64,000 bases of DNA from Candidatus Eiseniibacteriota bacterium (GTDB lineage: Bacteria; Eisenbacteria; RBG-16-71-46), in the NCBI GenBank assembly GCA_041483195.1, contig JBGPFC010000006.1, positions 75,880 to 139,879 on the forward strand, written 5' to 3'. Below the pieces are notes generated by a model, which did no database searches, was not told the DNA's origin, and worked only from the letters and a program-made list of their open reading frames with translations. The position numbers were made by a program, and so were the translations under genes. Positions within the stretch are counted from its first letter, which is position 1. Each line of letters opens with the position of its first letter. Positions 18,600 through 28,594 of the stretch are shown here, one piece after another.

Positions 18600-20497
18600 G
18601 CGATGTACCGCTCGTACCAGATCATGAAATTGAGCAGGCCCCACAGCGCGCGGCCATGATCGTGCCGGCCGTTCAGGTGCTCTGCGACGAGCGAGCCCAC
18701 CGCCTCGTGGCGGAAGAGACCGGTGGACGCGAGACGCTCGCGGCCCAGGTAGTCGTCCATCGTGCCGCGCAGTTCGCTGCGCAGCCAGCGGGAGTATGGC
18801 ATCTCGAGACCGACCTTCTTCTTGTCGATGATCTCGCGCGGCAGCAGGCCGGCCATCGCCTTGCGCATGATGTTCTTCTTCCGCAGGCCGGGCAGCTTGA
18901 TTCGCGCCGGCACCCGTGACAGGTACTCGGTGAGATCGGGATCGGTGAACGGCACGCGCGCCTCGAGCGAGTGCGCCATGCTCATCCGGTCGTTCTTGAT
19001 CATCAGGTCGTCCGGCAGGAACACGTTGGCGTCGACGTAGAGCAGGCGGTTCAGGGTGTCGCGGGCGCGGCAGCGGTCGAACGGCTCGACGACGTGCCGC
19101 TCGGGACTGCCGGGCCCGATGCGCTCGAGCAGCTCGGGGGTATAGAGCCTGAGCTTCTGCGCCTCGGACAGGACGATCCGCCACCACAGATGGGCCTGAG
19201 GCGGCGTGAGGTCCTGCCCCCCGAGGAAGCGCTTCATCTTGAACTCCAGGCTCAGCTTCTTGTGCGAGACCGGAAGGGCGTTCACGATCGGGGCGATCAG
19301 GCCGCGCCGCACGGCGCGGGGCACCGCGCGGAACCACTGCGAAGCCTTGAACGCCGCGTAGGTCTCGTACCCCGCGAACGCTTCGTCCCCGCCCTCCCCC
19401 GACAGCACGACCACGACTTCATCCTTCGCCAGCTGGCAGACGAAGTAGGTCGGGATCGCGGAGCCGTCGGCGTATGGCTCGTCGATGAAGCCGATGTAGG
19501 TCGAGAGCAGCTGGCGCACCATGTCGGCCGTCACGACCACTTCGCGCGCGACGGTGCCGAACTGGCGGGCCACCATTCGGGCGTAGGGCAGCTCGTTGAA
19601 GCTCGCGTCCTCGAATCCCACCGAGTAAGTGTGGATGGGCTCCGAGGTGTGACGCTTCATGAGGGCCACCAGCGTGCTGGAATCCATCCCGCCGGAGAGC
19701 AGCACGCCGACCGGGACGTCGGCGATCAGCTGCCGGCGGACCGCCTCGTCCATCCGCTCGAAGGCGCCACGGACCACGGTCGCCTCATCTAGCGAATCGT
19801 CCTCCCCGAACGAGAGGTCGAAGAATCGCTGCGTCTCGACGCGGCCTTCGGTGTCGACGCTCATGCGGTGCGCGGCCTTTACCTCCGCGATGCCATCGAA
19901 GGCGGTCTGTTCGCCGGGGATGTAGTCGAAGGTGAGGTAGTCGTGCAGGGCCTGGACGTCCACGCGGCGCGGCACGCGCGGGTCCTGCAGCAGGCACTTG
20001 ATCTCGGACCCGAACAGCAGGCGTCCGTCCTGCCAGGTGTAGAAGAGCGGCTTCACGCCGAATGGGTCGCGCGCGAGGTGGAGCTGCCGGCGCCGCACGT
20101 CCCAGAGCGCGAAGGCGAAGATCCCGTTCAGCTCGCCCAGCATCGCGGGACCCAGCTCCTCATAGAGGTGGAGGAGCACCTCCGTGTCGGTGGCGGATCG
20201 AAAGACGTGTCCCTTCTCGATCAGCCGGTGCCGGGCCCTCAGCTCCGCGAAGTTGTAGATCTCGCCGTTGTAGGTGATCCAGAGCGTGCCATTCTCGTTG
20301 CTCATCGGTTGGTGGCCGTTCGCCGAGAGATCGATGACGGAGAGCCTGCGGTGCCCGAATCCGACGTACGCATCGGACCAGGTGCCCGAGTCGTCGGGCC
20401 CGCGATGCGAGACGGCGGCGGCCATTCGACCGACGAGCTCGCGGTCCTCCGGTGTCAGGGTGCCGCGGGGATCGAAGACGCCTGCGATGCCGCACAT
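18596..20497 (-). CDS. asnB: Asparagine synthase (glutamine-hydrolysing) family amidotransferase
   Basis: N-terminal MCGIAG, HRGPD, HRRLSVID, NGEIYN, LSGGMDSS, SGEGGDE, DRMSMAHSLEARVPF. Confidence 0.95.
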   Translation of the reverse strand: MCGIAGVFDPRGTLTPEDRELVGRMAAAVSHRGPDDSGTWSDAYVGFGHRRLSVIDLSANGHQPMSNENGTLWITYNGEIYNFAELRARHRLIEKGHVFRSATDTEVLLHLYEELGPAMLGELNGIFAFALWDVRRRQLHLARDPFGVKPLFYTWQDGRLLFGSEIKCLLQDPRVPRRVDVQALHDYLTFDYIPGEQTAFDGIAEVKAAHRMSVDTEGRVETQRFFDLSFGEDDSLDEATVVRGAFERMDEAVRRQLIADVPVGVLLSGGMDSSTLVALMKRHTSEPIHTYSVGFEDASFNELPYARMVARQFGTVAREVVVTADMVRQLLSTYIGFIDEPYADGSAIPTYFVCQLAKDEVVVVLSGEGGDEAFAGYETYAAFKASQWFRAVPRAVRRGLIAPIVNALPVSHKKLSLEFKMKRFLGGQDLTPPQAHLWWRIVLSEAQKLRLYTPELLERIGPGSPERHVVEPFDRCRARDTLNRLLYVDANVFLPDDLMIKNDRMSMAHSLEARVPFTDPDLTEYLSRVPARIKLPGLRKKNIMRKAMAGLLPREIIDKKKVGLEMPYSRWLRSELRGTMDDYLGRERLASTGLFRHEAVGSLVAEHLNGRHDHGRALWGLLNFMIWYERYIA

Positions 20498-20530
20498 GGA
20501 TCGTCGTGGGTAGCGGTGCCGCCGCCGTCT

Positions 20531-21475
20531 CTAGCGGGCCGGGGGAAGGTGGCGGCGGCGGGCGAAGACCAGCATGTCCGCGAGGACGCCGAAGAACAGC
20601 GTGTTCAGTCCGCCCAGCAGGAACAGCACGCTGGTGCCCGACAGGCGATTGTAGAACCAGTCGATCACGAACTTGGTGCCGCCGATCATCATCAGCGCCA
20701 GGGCCATCGGCACGAAGATTCGCAGCGGGCGGAAGTAGGTCATCGTGCGGAGAATCAGGATCAGGAAGCCGAGCGCCTCCTTCGGCTTGAGCTTCGACTT
20801 TCCGATCCGCCGCTGATATTCGACCGGGATGAACTTCACGCGGTAGCTGTCGCAGAGACTGGCGAGGGTGATCGTGGTCGTGAAGCTGAACCGCTCCGGC
20901 AGGATGTCGAAGTATGCGAGCGGGAGCGCTCGGCGCATGATGCGCATGCCGGAATTGAGATCCGGGATCCGCGTGTCGGTCAGGTAGTCGGCGAGCACGC
21001 TGAGCACCCACTTGGCCGGCCTGCGAAGCGGCGCGATGTGCACGGCCCCCCGGCCGCGGGCCCCCACCACCATGTCGGCCTCCGCGATTTCGGCGATGAG
21101 GCGCGGTATCTGCTCGGCGGGATAGGTGCCGTCCGCGTCCATGATGCAGATCAGGTCGGCGCGGGCCGCGCGGATCCCGGTCTTGAGCGACGCGCCGTAC
21201 CCGCGATTCTCCGGATGCTGGATCACGCGCGCGTCGGTGCTTCGCGCCGCCGCGGCGGTGCCATCCTTCGAACCATCATCCACGACGATGATCTCGGCGC
21301 CGATGCCGGCAGCCACGAGCACCTGGCCGATGTGACGGACGACCCCCGCCACGCCGTGCTCCTCGTTGTAGGCGGGGATCACGACGCTGAGGTCCGGGAG
21401 ATCTCCCGGGACCCCGCGCTCCGGCCGCGGCAGCTGCGCCGATTCCTCGACTCCCGTCCCCGGCTGCATCGTCAT
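20531..21475 (-). CDS. Glycosyltransferase family 2 (DPM1/GtrB-like) with C-terminal TM helices
   Basis: SVVIPAYNEE, VVDDGSKDGT, NRGYGASL, MDADGTYP; ATGA overlap with the upstream gene. Confidence 0.9.
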   Translation of the reverse strand: MTMQPGTGVEESAQLPRPERGVPGDLPDLSVVIPAYNEEHGVAGVVRHIGQVLVAAGIGAEIIVVDDGSKDGTAAAARSTDARVIQHPENRGYGASLKTGIRAARADLICIMDADGTYPAEQIPRLIAEIAEADMVVGARGRGAVHIAPLRRPAKWVLSVLADYLTDTRIPDLNSGMRIMRRALPLAYFDILPERFSFTTTITLASLCDSYRVKFIPVEYQRRIGKSKLKPKEALGFLILILRTMTYFRPLRIFVPMALALMMIGGTKFVIDWFYNRLSGTSVLFLLGGLNTLFFGVLADMLVFARRRHLPPAR

Positions 21476-22815
21476 GCCCTCCCCTGGTTCCGCGCGCCTT
21501 CCGCGAGCGCGCTCTCCGCCGGCCCTCTTCGCAGACGCGTCCACAGCCAGACGGCGCCGGCCGCCGCGCAGACCGAGACCACCGGCATCAGCTGGAGCGT
21601 GAATCGCGCCGACACGAGGATCGAGCAGTACATGAGATAGAGATAGCCCGCGTAGGCGAGCGGCAGCCACCGGGCAGGATCACGGCCGAACGTGGCCGTG
21701 ATGCCCAGGATCGCGAACGCAATCAGGACCAGATTCAGCGCCACGACGACCTCCATGCGCCGGATGGAGAGCGTCCAGAAGTACTTGAGGTTCATCGCCA
21801 TCTTGCGGAGCGCCCCGCCCGGATCCTCGCGCAGGCGCTCGGCCGCGAGCTGCGCGAGATACGCGTCCTCTTCGCGCCGAAAGGTCATCGTCTGGCTCAG
21901 GTGGAAGCGCTCGGACGCGACGGTGCCGCGCACGAAACCGTGCTCGCGCAGCGTCGCGATCGCAACACTGTCCGCCTCGTTGTCCACCGCCGTCAGGTTG
22001 TCGTTGGGGTGGCGCTTGAAGTGATCGGCGGTCACCCAGCCCTTGAACGCCTGGAATCCGATTCCCCAGTTGACCGGGATCAGGGTGTGGAAGCGCAGCG
22101 CGTTGCGCAGCGTCCATGGCATCACGATCGCGGCGGCGGCGCACGCCACCAGGAGGGCGCCGCGCAGGCGCGCGAGTCGCGCCCCGGCGCTCCCGAACAG
22201 AGCGAGCACCACGAGCACCGGCGGGAACAGCAGGCTGACCGAATTGCAGAGCGTGGCGAGGCCCAGCAGGGCGCCGGCGAGCAACGCGCTCCCCGCGCTC
22301 CGCCGCTTCCCGAAGCTGGCGAGCCCGAGCGCGACCAGCGTGAGCATCAGCGTGAGCAGGGTTTCGGAGAGCACGTATTGAGACCACCACAGGTGGGTGG
22401 GATGAAAGGTCATGAGGAGCCCCGCGAGCAGTCCGACCGCGCGCCCGAAGAGCCGCCACCCGAGCAGCATCACGAGCGCGCAGGTGAGCGCTCCGAGCAG
22501 CGCGTGGGCGATCAGCACCACTCCGGTCCGGGGCCCGAAGAGGCGGTACAGGCTCGCGAGAAACAGCGGATAGAGCGGGGCCCGGGCCGCCGTCGGCCCC
22601 CCATCGTCGGGCAGCGCGAATCCGTGGCCGGCCTCCAGCTCCAGCGCGATCAGGTGATACCCGTCGAAGGGCATCCCGGGCGCGCTCTGGAATCCCCGAA
22701 CGATGCGCGGCGCCAGCGGCAACGCCACGAACAGAAAGAGCAGGCGGACCGCCAGCGCCGTCACGAAGACGAGAAGGAACGCGCTTCGGATCGAGAACCG
22801 CGCGCGGCCGGTCAT
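21472..22815 (-). CDS. ArnT/PMT-like (GT-C fold) membrane glycosyltransferase
   Basis: Multi-TM; DGYH..A..L, TAARAPLYPLFLA, LSETL, PWTLRN motifs typical of this family. Start chosen at MTGRARF. Confidence 0.8.
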   Translation of the reverse strand: MTGRARFSIRSAFLLVFVTALAVRLLFLFVALPLAPRIVRGFQSAPGMPFDGYHLIALELEAGHGFALPDDGGPTAARAPLYPLFLASLYRLFGPRTGVVLIAHALLGALTCALVMLLGWRLFGRAVGLLAGLLMTFHPTHLWWSQYVLSETLLTLMLTLVALGLASFGKRRSAGSALLAGALLGLATLCNSVSLLFPPVLVVLALFGSAGARLARLRGALLVACAAAAIVMPWTLRNALRFHTLIPVNWGIGFQAFKGWVTADHFKRHPNDNLTAVDNEADSVAIATLREHGFVRGTVASERFHLSQTMTFRREEDAYLAQLAAERLREDPGGALRKMAMNLKYFWTLSIRRMEVVVALNLVLIAFAILGITATFGRDPARWLPLAYAGYLYLMYCSILVSARFTLQLMPVVSVCAAAGAVWLWTRLRRGPAESALAEGARNQGRA

Positions 22816-22902
22816 GGGTTGCTGGGGGGAGAGAGTTACGGGAATGCCTCTTCGTCGTGGGTGGAGACGAGCGGAGCGGATGGGCGGACAATACGGACGC
22901 CA

Positions 22903-22959
22903 AGTGTATCCCGCTCGTGAGGCGGGCGACAAGGACTCGCGCGGTCCGCGTGCTAGACT
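22903..22959. promoter_or_regulatory. Putative divergent promoters
   Basis: Minus: TTGTCG(22932-22927)-N18-TACACT(22908-22903). Plus: extended -10 TGcTAGACT at 22951-22959, 6 nt before the GTG at 22966. Confidence 0.45.
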
Positions 22960-22965
22960 TTCGGT

Positions 22966-23868
22966 GTGCCGACCGCCTGCCCCGTCTGCGGGAGCGACCG
23001 CTCGAAGGTGCTCTACCCCTCGACCGTGACCCGCACCCACACCTCGTCCTCGGAGTTCTACGTCCCGACCTACAGCCACGCCGGGATGCACCGGGAGATC
23101 TCCCGCTGCGAGGCCTGCGGATTTCGCTTCGTCTCGGACCGCATCCCCGATGACGAGCTGTCGCGGGCCTACGTGGACATGGCGGACCCCTCCTACCTTC
23201 GCGAGATCGTGGTCTATCAGAAGGCCGCGGAGCGCATCCTCGAGCGTCTCGAGCCGTTCCGCTCGGAGGGGCCGCGCCTCCTCGAGATCGGCTGCGGCGC
23301 TGGATTTTTTCTCGAGGAGGCGCAGCGTCGCGGCTGGGACGTGCACGGCATCGAGCTGTCACGCTGGATGGTGGAGCGGGCCAGCGAGCGCGTCGCCGGC
23401 GACCGGGTGCTCCAGGGGAGTTACGACTCGGAGCTGTTCCGCGATTCGTCCTTCGACGTCGTCGTGGCCGTGGACGTCATCGAGCACGTCACCGATCCCG
23501 GGCACCTGTTGCGGGACGTCGCCGCCCGGCTGCGTCCCGGGGGCATCGTCTACCTCGTGACCCCGGACTCCGGATCGCTCCCCGCCCGCATGCTGGGCGA
23601 GCGCTGGTGGTACGTTCAGGTTCCGCACCTCTCCTACTTCAGCCGTCCGTCCATGTCCCGCCTCCTCGAGCGAACGGGCTTCGTCGCAACCTGGATCGGC
23701 AGCTACCCGCGCTTCGTGACCTCCGAGGTCGTGCGCAATCGCCTCGAGTACCTGCGGCCCGGGCCGCGGCGCGCCGCGGCGTTCGTCCTCGCACCGCTGC
23801 TCGCGCGGCCGTGGACCCTGAGGCTCGACCTCGGAGACCAGCTCGCGGCGGTGGCCCGCCGGGCGTGA
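22966..23868 (+). CDS. Class I SAM-dependent methyltransferase with N-terminal CxxC...CxxC
   Basis: CPVCGS, CEACG, LLEIGCGAGFF, FDVV...DVIEHV.DP, LRPGG, PHLSYFS. Confidence 0.9.
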   Translation: MPTACPVCGSDRSKVLYPSTVTRTHTSSSEFYVPTYSHAGMHREISRCEACGFRFVSDRIPDDELSRAYVDMADPSYLREIVVYQKAAERILERLEPFRSEGPRLLEIGCGAGFFLEEAQRRGWDVHGIELSRWMVERASERVAGDRVLQGSYDSELFRDSSFDVVVAVDVIEHVTDPGHLLRDVAARLRPGGIVYLVTPDSGSLPARMLGERWWYVQVPHLSYFSRPSMSRLLERTGFVATWIGSYPRFVTSEVVRNRLEYLRPGPRRAAAFVLAPLLARPWTLRLDLGDQLAAVARRA

Positions 23869-24072
23869 GCGCGACCGGCCGGCGCCGCGGCGCGTGTCGC
23901 CGGGGTTCGGACCCGTTCCCGCGGTGACGCGCCGCCGCGGTCGAAGGTAGGATTGAAACCTGCGTGAGATCTCGTTCAGGATGCGCGACCGATCCCTCCC
24001 GGCCGGCTCACGCGCGAATCTCAGGCCGGGCACCATCGGTCGAAATCAACCGCACGAGGCGAGAGCCGCTCG

Positions 24073-24873
24073 ATGATCAACAACCGAAACGTCATGGTGG
24101 TTCTGCCCGCCCACAACGCGGCCGCGACCCTGCAGCGGACGATCGCCGAGATCCCCATGAGCGTCGTCGATCAGCTGTTGCTGGTGGACGACGCCTCGCA
24201 GGACAACACCGCTGAAGTGGCGCGGCAGCAGGGCATCCCTTACATCGTCCACCCCAGGAACCGGGGGTACGGCGGCAACCAGAAGACCTGCTATGCGGAG
24301 GCCCTGCGCCGCGGCGCGGAGATCGTCATCATGCTCCACCCGGACTACCAGTACACGCCGCGGCTGATCGGCGCGATGGCGTGGCTGGTGGGATCCGGCG
24401 AGTTCGACGTGGTGCTGGGCTCGCGCATCCTGGGCACCACCGGCGCCGTGAAGGGCGGGATGCCGCTCTACAAGTACGTCGCGAACCGCTTCCTCACGCT
24501 GGCGGAGAACATCCTGCTCGGGACCAAGCTCTCCGAATATCACACCGGCTACCGCGCCTTCAGCCGCGAGGTGTTGGAGACCCTGCCGCTCGAAGAGAAT
24601 TCCGAAGACTTCGTCTTCGACAACCAGATGCTGGTGCAGGCGGTGGCGTTCGGATTCCGGATCGGGGAGATCAGCTGTCCGACGAAATATTTCCCGGAGG
24701 CCTCGAGCATCAACTTCCGTCGCTCGGTGATCTATGGGCTGGGCGTGATGGCGACCGCCGTGTCGTATCGGCTGCATCGCTGGGGGCTGCGGCACTCCGC
24801 ACTGTTCGAGCCGGAAGGACGCCGGCTGCCCACCGCCGGCGCCGCGCGCCCCGTCACCCGGAGGGAACGGTAG
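24073..24873 (+). CDS. Glycosyltransferase family 2 (polyprenol-phosphate glycosyltransferase-like)
   Basis: [52 protein letters not shown]. Confidence 0.92.
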   Translation: MINNRNVMVVLPAHNAAATLQRTIAEIPMSVVDQLLLVDDASQDNTAEVARQQGIPYIVHPRNRGYGGNQKTCYAEALRRGAEIVIMLHPDYQYTPRLIGAMAWLVGSGEFDVVLGSRILGTTGAVKGGMPLYKYVANRFLTLAENILLGTKLSEYHTGYRAFSREVLETLPLEENSEDFVFDNQMLVQAVAFGFRIGEISCPTKYFPEASSINFRRSVIYGLGVMATAVSYRLHRWGLRHSALFEPEGRRLPTAGAARPVTRRER

Positions 24874-24891
24874 GCGGGCTCGCGCCCGCGA

Positions 24892-25476
24892 TCACGCTCC
24901 CCGGCGCACCGCGAAGCGATCCGGCGTCGCCTTGAATATGGCGAGCGTCGAATCCGAGGTGAAGAAGTATGGACGCCCGCCGAAGTCGAAACGCGGCGAG
25001 CGCCTGTCCGGGCGGAAGCGCCCCGCGCTCACCGGATCCGTGACGACGCCGCAGTATTGGAGCGGCCTCCTCACGAATCGTTCCTTCGCGTCGTGGCTCG
25101 AGAAGAAGTACACCTCGTGGTTCACGCAGGCGCGAAACGTGGAATCGAGCGTTGCCATCCGGCCGCGGCGCACCGGGCACGGCAGCTCGATGTGGAGCCC
25201 CGCGAGGTATTTTCCCGGGTCTTGCACGAAGACCCCTGGGCAGCCGCTTCAGCAGAAACCGACCGGCAGCCCGTTCACGTAGACCGGGCGCACCTTCGGG
25301 TTGAGCTTCGCGCCCCGCACCGCGCAGCGATCGTTGAGCGACACCAGCGAGTCCGGGTACTTGAGCCGCGGGTGCCCGGGATCGGCGGTGGGCACGTAGC
25401 GCTGGGCCCCGCTCGAGGCCGCGAGGCCGGCGGCGGCGAGCACCAGCGCGATGGCGATGACACGCGACGGCTTCAT
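24892..25476 (-). CDS. Secreted triple YHS/TRASH-domain protein with in-frame UGA, probable selenoprotein (FC-U-SGC)
   Basis: ATG 25476 overlaps the glyS stop; signal peptide; TGA 25251-25249 is in frame with the ORF 24892..25227 and lies inside the YHS motif GFC*SGC..F..DP.KYL; SECIS-like hairpin follows. Confidence 0.8.
25214..25240 (-). promoter_or_regulatory. Candidate bacterial SECIS element
   Basis: CCC-AG-GGGUCUU-CGUGC-AAGACCC-GGG: 7-bp upper stem, GU at loop positions 2-3, loop starting 20 nt after the UGA. Confidence 0.7.
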
Positions 25477-27614
25477 GCGCTCTTCTCCCCCTCGACGACC
25501 ACCTTCGAAAGATCCCAGCCGCGCAGGAACAGCTCGCGCACCTCGGCGAGCAGCTTGAGCCGGCTGACGCGCGTCGGCAGATCGTCCACGTTCACCATCA
25601 CGTGATCGAAGAAGCCGTGAATCGCGGATTCCATCGCGAGCAGCGCGGGCAGGATCTCGGCGTAGGCGCGACGCTCCCACAACGGTTCGGTGCGCGCGCG
25701 GGCCGAATCCAGCGCCGCCAGCAGCATGCGCTCCGCGGGCTCGATCACGCGCGCGCGATCCAGCGAAGCCGGCAGCGATTCGGTCGCCTTGGCCAGGATG
25801 TTCGCGACGCGCTTGAACAGCACGACCAGCGGCTCGAAGCGGGCGTCGGCGCGGAATCCGGCGAGCGTGCGCGCCCGTTCCAGGCAGTCGCATGGGTCGA
25901 TCCAGCCCGGACGCGCGCGCGCCGCGCCGTCCGTCACGATGCGTGCCTCGAGCGCTGCGTCGCGCGCGTCGTACGGGACGCCCCGCTCGTCGAGCGCCGC
26001 CTCGACCCGGCCGCGCCAGAATTCGCCAAGCTTCTTCACGATCTCGGCCTGCGACAGGTTCGGATCGGCGGCGAAGAACGCGCGGGTGCTCTCCATGGTC
26101 GCGTCCCGCAGATCCAGGTGGCGCTCCTGCTCGATGAGGATGCGCACCGCGCCGTTGGCCGCACGCCGCACGCCGTAGGGATCCTCGCTCCCGCTCGGCA
26201 CCTTGCCGCCCACGAACGCGCCCGCCACGTGGTCGAGCTTGTCGGCGAGCGCGAGGATCACGCCGGCGGCCGTCGCGGGCGGCGCGTCGGCGGGGCCCCG
26301 CGGACGGTGGTGCTCGGAGATCGCGGCCGCGACCGGCTCGGGCTCGCCCGCCCGGCGCGCGTAGTGCCCGCCCATCACGCCCTCGAGGCTCGCGTACTCC
26401 TTGCCGCTCCCGATCATCTCGGAGAGCAGATCGGTCTTGCACAACAGCGCGGCGCGGCGCGCGTGCGCGGCCGCGCCGGGCTCGAGCCGGGCCGCGATCC
26501 AGTCACACAGCGATTCGAGCCGCCGGGCCTTCTCGCGCAGGCTGCCGAGGCCCTCCATCCACACCACGCCCGCGAGCGCGTCGACGCGATGCGCCGGCGG
26601 CAGCTTGAGATCCGAGTTCCAGTAGAAGCGCGCGTCATCGAGACGCGCGATGAGCACGTCCTCGGCGCCCTTGCGCACGGTGTCGATGCCATGCGCCTCG
26701 CCGTTGCGCACCGCGATGAACGCCGGCAGCAACCGGCCCGCCGCGTTCTCGACCGCGAAGAAGCGCTGGTGCTCGCGGAGCGCGGTGACGATCACCTCAC
26801 GCGGCAGGTCGAGGAAGCCCGTGTCGAACGCGCCGGCGAACGCGGTCGGCCACTCGACCAGGAAGTTGTTGATCTCGAACAGCTCGGGATCCGCAACGAC
26901 GCGCCCGCCGGCGGCGCGCGCGAGCGCCTCGACCTGTGAGCGCATCCGGGCGCCGCGCTCGCGCTGGCCGGCGATCACGTGTCGCGACGCCAGCGCCTCC
27001 GCATAGCGCGAAGCGTTCGGGATCTCGACCGGCCCGGGCGCGAGGAAACGATGGCCCTGAGAAACCCGGCCCGCCTCGAGCGCGAACGCGCTGACCGGAA
27101 TCACGTCGTCGCCCAGCAGCGCCACCATCCAGCGCACCGGCCGCGCGAACCGCGTTTCGTCATCGAGCCAGCGCATGGTCTTGGGGAACGTGAGCCGTTG
27201 GGCGAGCGCCGCGAGCGGCGCGCCCAGCACCTCGCGCGCGGGCTTGCCGGTGTGGTGGACGGTGACCGCCACGTATTCGCCCTTCGGCGTCGCGACCCTG
27301 CGCACCGCCGAAAGCTCGGCGCCCTTCCCCGCGCAGAATCCCAGGAGCGCCTTCGTGGGCTTCCCCTCCGCGTCCCACGCGACGCGTGAGGCCGGCCCCA
27401 TCGCCTCCTCGCTCGCGTCGGCCTGGCGTTCGGCGACACCGCGAGCCGTGATCGCGAGGCGCCGCGGCGTCGCCAGCTTCTCGATTTCCCCGCTCTCGAG
27501 CCGCAGCTCGGCCAGCATCGCGCGCGCGCCCCGCTCGAGCTGCTCCAGCGCGGGCGGGACGTAGCCGGCCGGCAGCTCCTCGACGCCGATCTCGAACAAT
27601 AGGTCGCGGCTCAC
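25473..27614 (-). CDS. glyS: Glycine--tRNA ligase beta subunit
   Basis: [63 protein letters not shown] overlapping the glyQ stop. Confidence 0.96.
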   Translation of the reverse strand: MSRDLLFEIGVEELPAGYVPPALEQLERGARAMLAELRLESGEIEKLATPRRLAITARGVAERQADASEEAMGPASRVAWDAEGKPTKALLGFCAGKGAELSAVRRVATPKGEYVAVTVHHTGKPAREVLGAPLAALAQRLTFPKTMRWLDDETRFARPVRWMVALLGDDVIPVSAFALEAGRVSQGHRFLAPGPVEIPNASRYAEALASRHVIAGQRERGARMRSQVEALARAAGGRVVADPELFEINNFLVEWPTAFAGAFDTGFLDLPREVIVTALREHQRFFAVENAAGRLLPAFIAVRNGEAHGIDTVRKGAEDVLIARLDDARFYWNSDLKLPPAHRVDALAGVVWMEGLGSLREKARRLESLCDWIAARLEPGAAAHARRAALLCKTDLLSEMIGSGKEYASLEGVMGGHYARRAGEPEPVAAAISEHHRPRGPADAPPATAAGVILALADKLDHVAGAFVGGKVPSGSEDPYGVRRAANGAVRILIEQERHLDLRDATMESTRAFFAADPNLSQAEIVKKLGEFWRGRVEAALDERGVPYDARDAALEARIVTDGAARARPGWIDPCDCLERARTLAGFRADARFEPLVVLFKRVANILAKATESLPASLDRARVIEPAERMLLAALDSARARTEPLWERRAYAEILPALLAMESAIHGFFDHVMVNVDDLPTRVSRLKLLAEVRELFLRGWDLSKVVVEGEKSA

Positions 27615-28594
27615 GCCTTCGCTCCCCGCGGCGCGCTCGACGCTCCCGCGTTCGCCGGCGCCGCGTTGTCCTCGGCCGGCTTCACCCACCTCGCGCGCTG
27701 CGCCTCGTCCTTGATGAGCGGGAATCCCAGCGCCGCGCGCTGCTTCAGGTACGCGGTGGCGCTCCTGCGCGCGAGCTTGCGCACGCGGCCGATGTAGCCC
27801 ACCCGCTCGCTCACCGAGATCGCACCGCGCGCATCGAGCAGGTTGAACAGGTGCGAGCACTTGATGACGCAATCGTAGCCCGGCGCGACCAGATCGAGCT
27901 CGAGCAGCCGCAGCGCCTCTGCCTCCCAGCGCTTGAACATGTCGAACAGGCCATCGACGTCGGCCAGCTCGAAGTTGTAGCGCGACCACTCGCGCTCGTT
28001 CTGGAGCCAGAGCTCGCCCCACGTCACGCCCGGCGCCCACGCGAGGTCCTGCACGCGATCCTTCCCCTGCAGCATCATGCCGATGCGATCGAGCCCGTAG
28101 GTGAGCTCGGCCGAGACGATCGCCACCTCGATCCCGCCGCACTGCTGGAAGTATGTGAACTGCGAGATCTCGGTGCCGTCCATCAGCACCTGCCATCCGA
28201 GCCCGGCCGCGCCCAGCGTCGGCGATTCCCAGTCGTCCTCGACCAGTCGCAGGTCGTGCTCGAGCGGGTCGATGCCGATCGCGCGCAGGCTGTCGAAGTA
28301 CTGCTCGACCACGTCGGCCGGCGCGGGCTTCAGCAGCACCTGGTACTGGTAGAACTGCTGGAAGCGATGCGGGTTCTCGCCGTAGCGGCCGTCCTTGGGA
28401 CGGCGCGACGGCTCGACGAACGCGACCCGCCACGGCTCGGGCCCGAGCGAGCGCAGGAAGGTGGCGGGGTTGAACGTCCCCGCGCCGACCTCGGACGGAT
28501 AGGGCTGCTGGATCACGCACCCGCGCGCGGCCCAGTACTGTTGGAGCGCGAGGATCATGTCCTGCAGCGATCGCTTCGGGCTCAGTTCGGGCAC
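27611..28594 (-). CDS. glyQ: Glycine--tRNA ligase alpha subunit
   Basis: [62 protein letters not shown] before GTG 28594. Confidence 0.97.
   Translation of the reverse strand: MPELSPKRSLQDMILALQQYWAARGCVIQQPYPSEVGAGTFNPATFLRSLGPEPWRVAFVEPSRRPKDGRYGENPHRFQQFYQYQVLLKPAPADVVEQYFDSLRAIGIDPLEHDLRLVEDDWESPTLGAAGLGWQVLMDGTEISQFTYFQQCGGIEVAIVSAELTYGLDRIGMMLQGKDRVQDLAWAPGVTWGELWLQNEREWSRYNFELADVDGLFDMFKRWEAEALRLLELDLVAPGYDCVIKCSHLFNLLDARGAISVSERVGYIGRVRKLARRSATAYLKQRAALGFPLIKDEAQRARWVKPAEDNAAPANAGASSAPRGAKA

Noticed and set aside
17169..19337. ORF-track N-terminal extensions (also for ogt, pyrR, glyS, glyQ, BCCP, DUF2087, aspS)
   Set aside because: The extensions overlap upstream genes in another frame or lack family motifs; true starts sit at stop/start overlaps or ribosome-binding sites.
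25249..25251. TGA as a simple pseudogene lesion, or two separate small genes
   Set aside because: It falls at a Cys-equivalent position inside one domain, both halves are intact, and a SECIS-like hairpin follows. Not fully excluded without seeing the sel genes.
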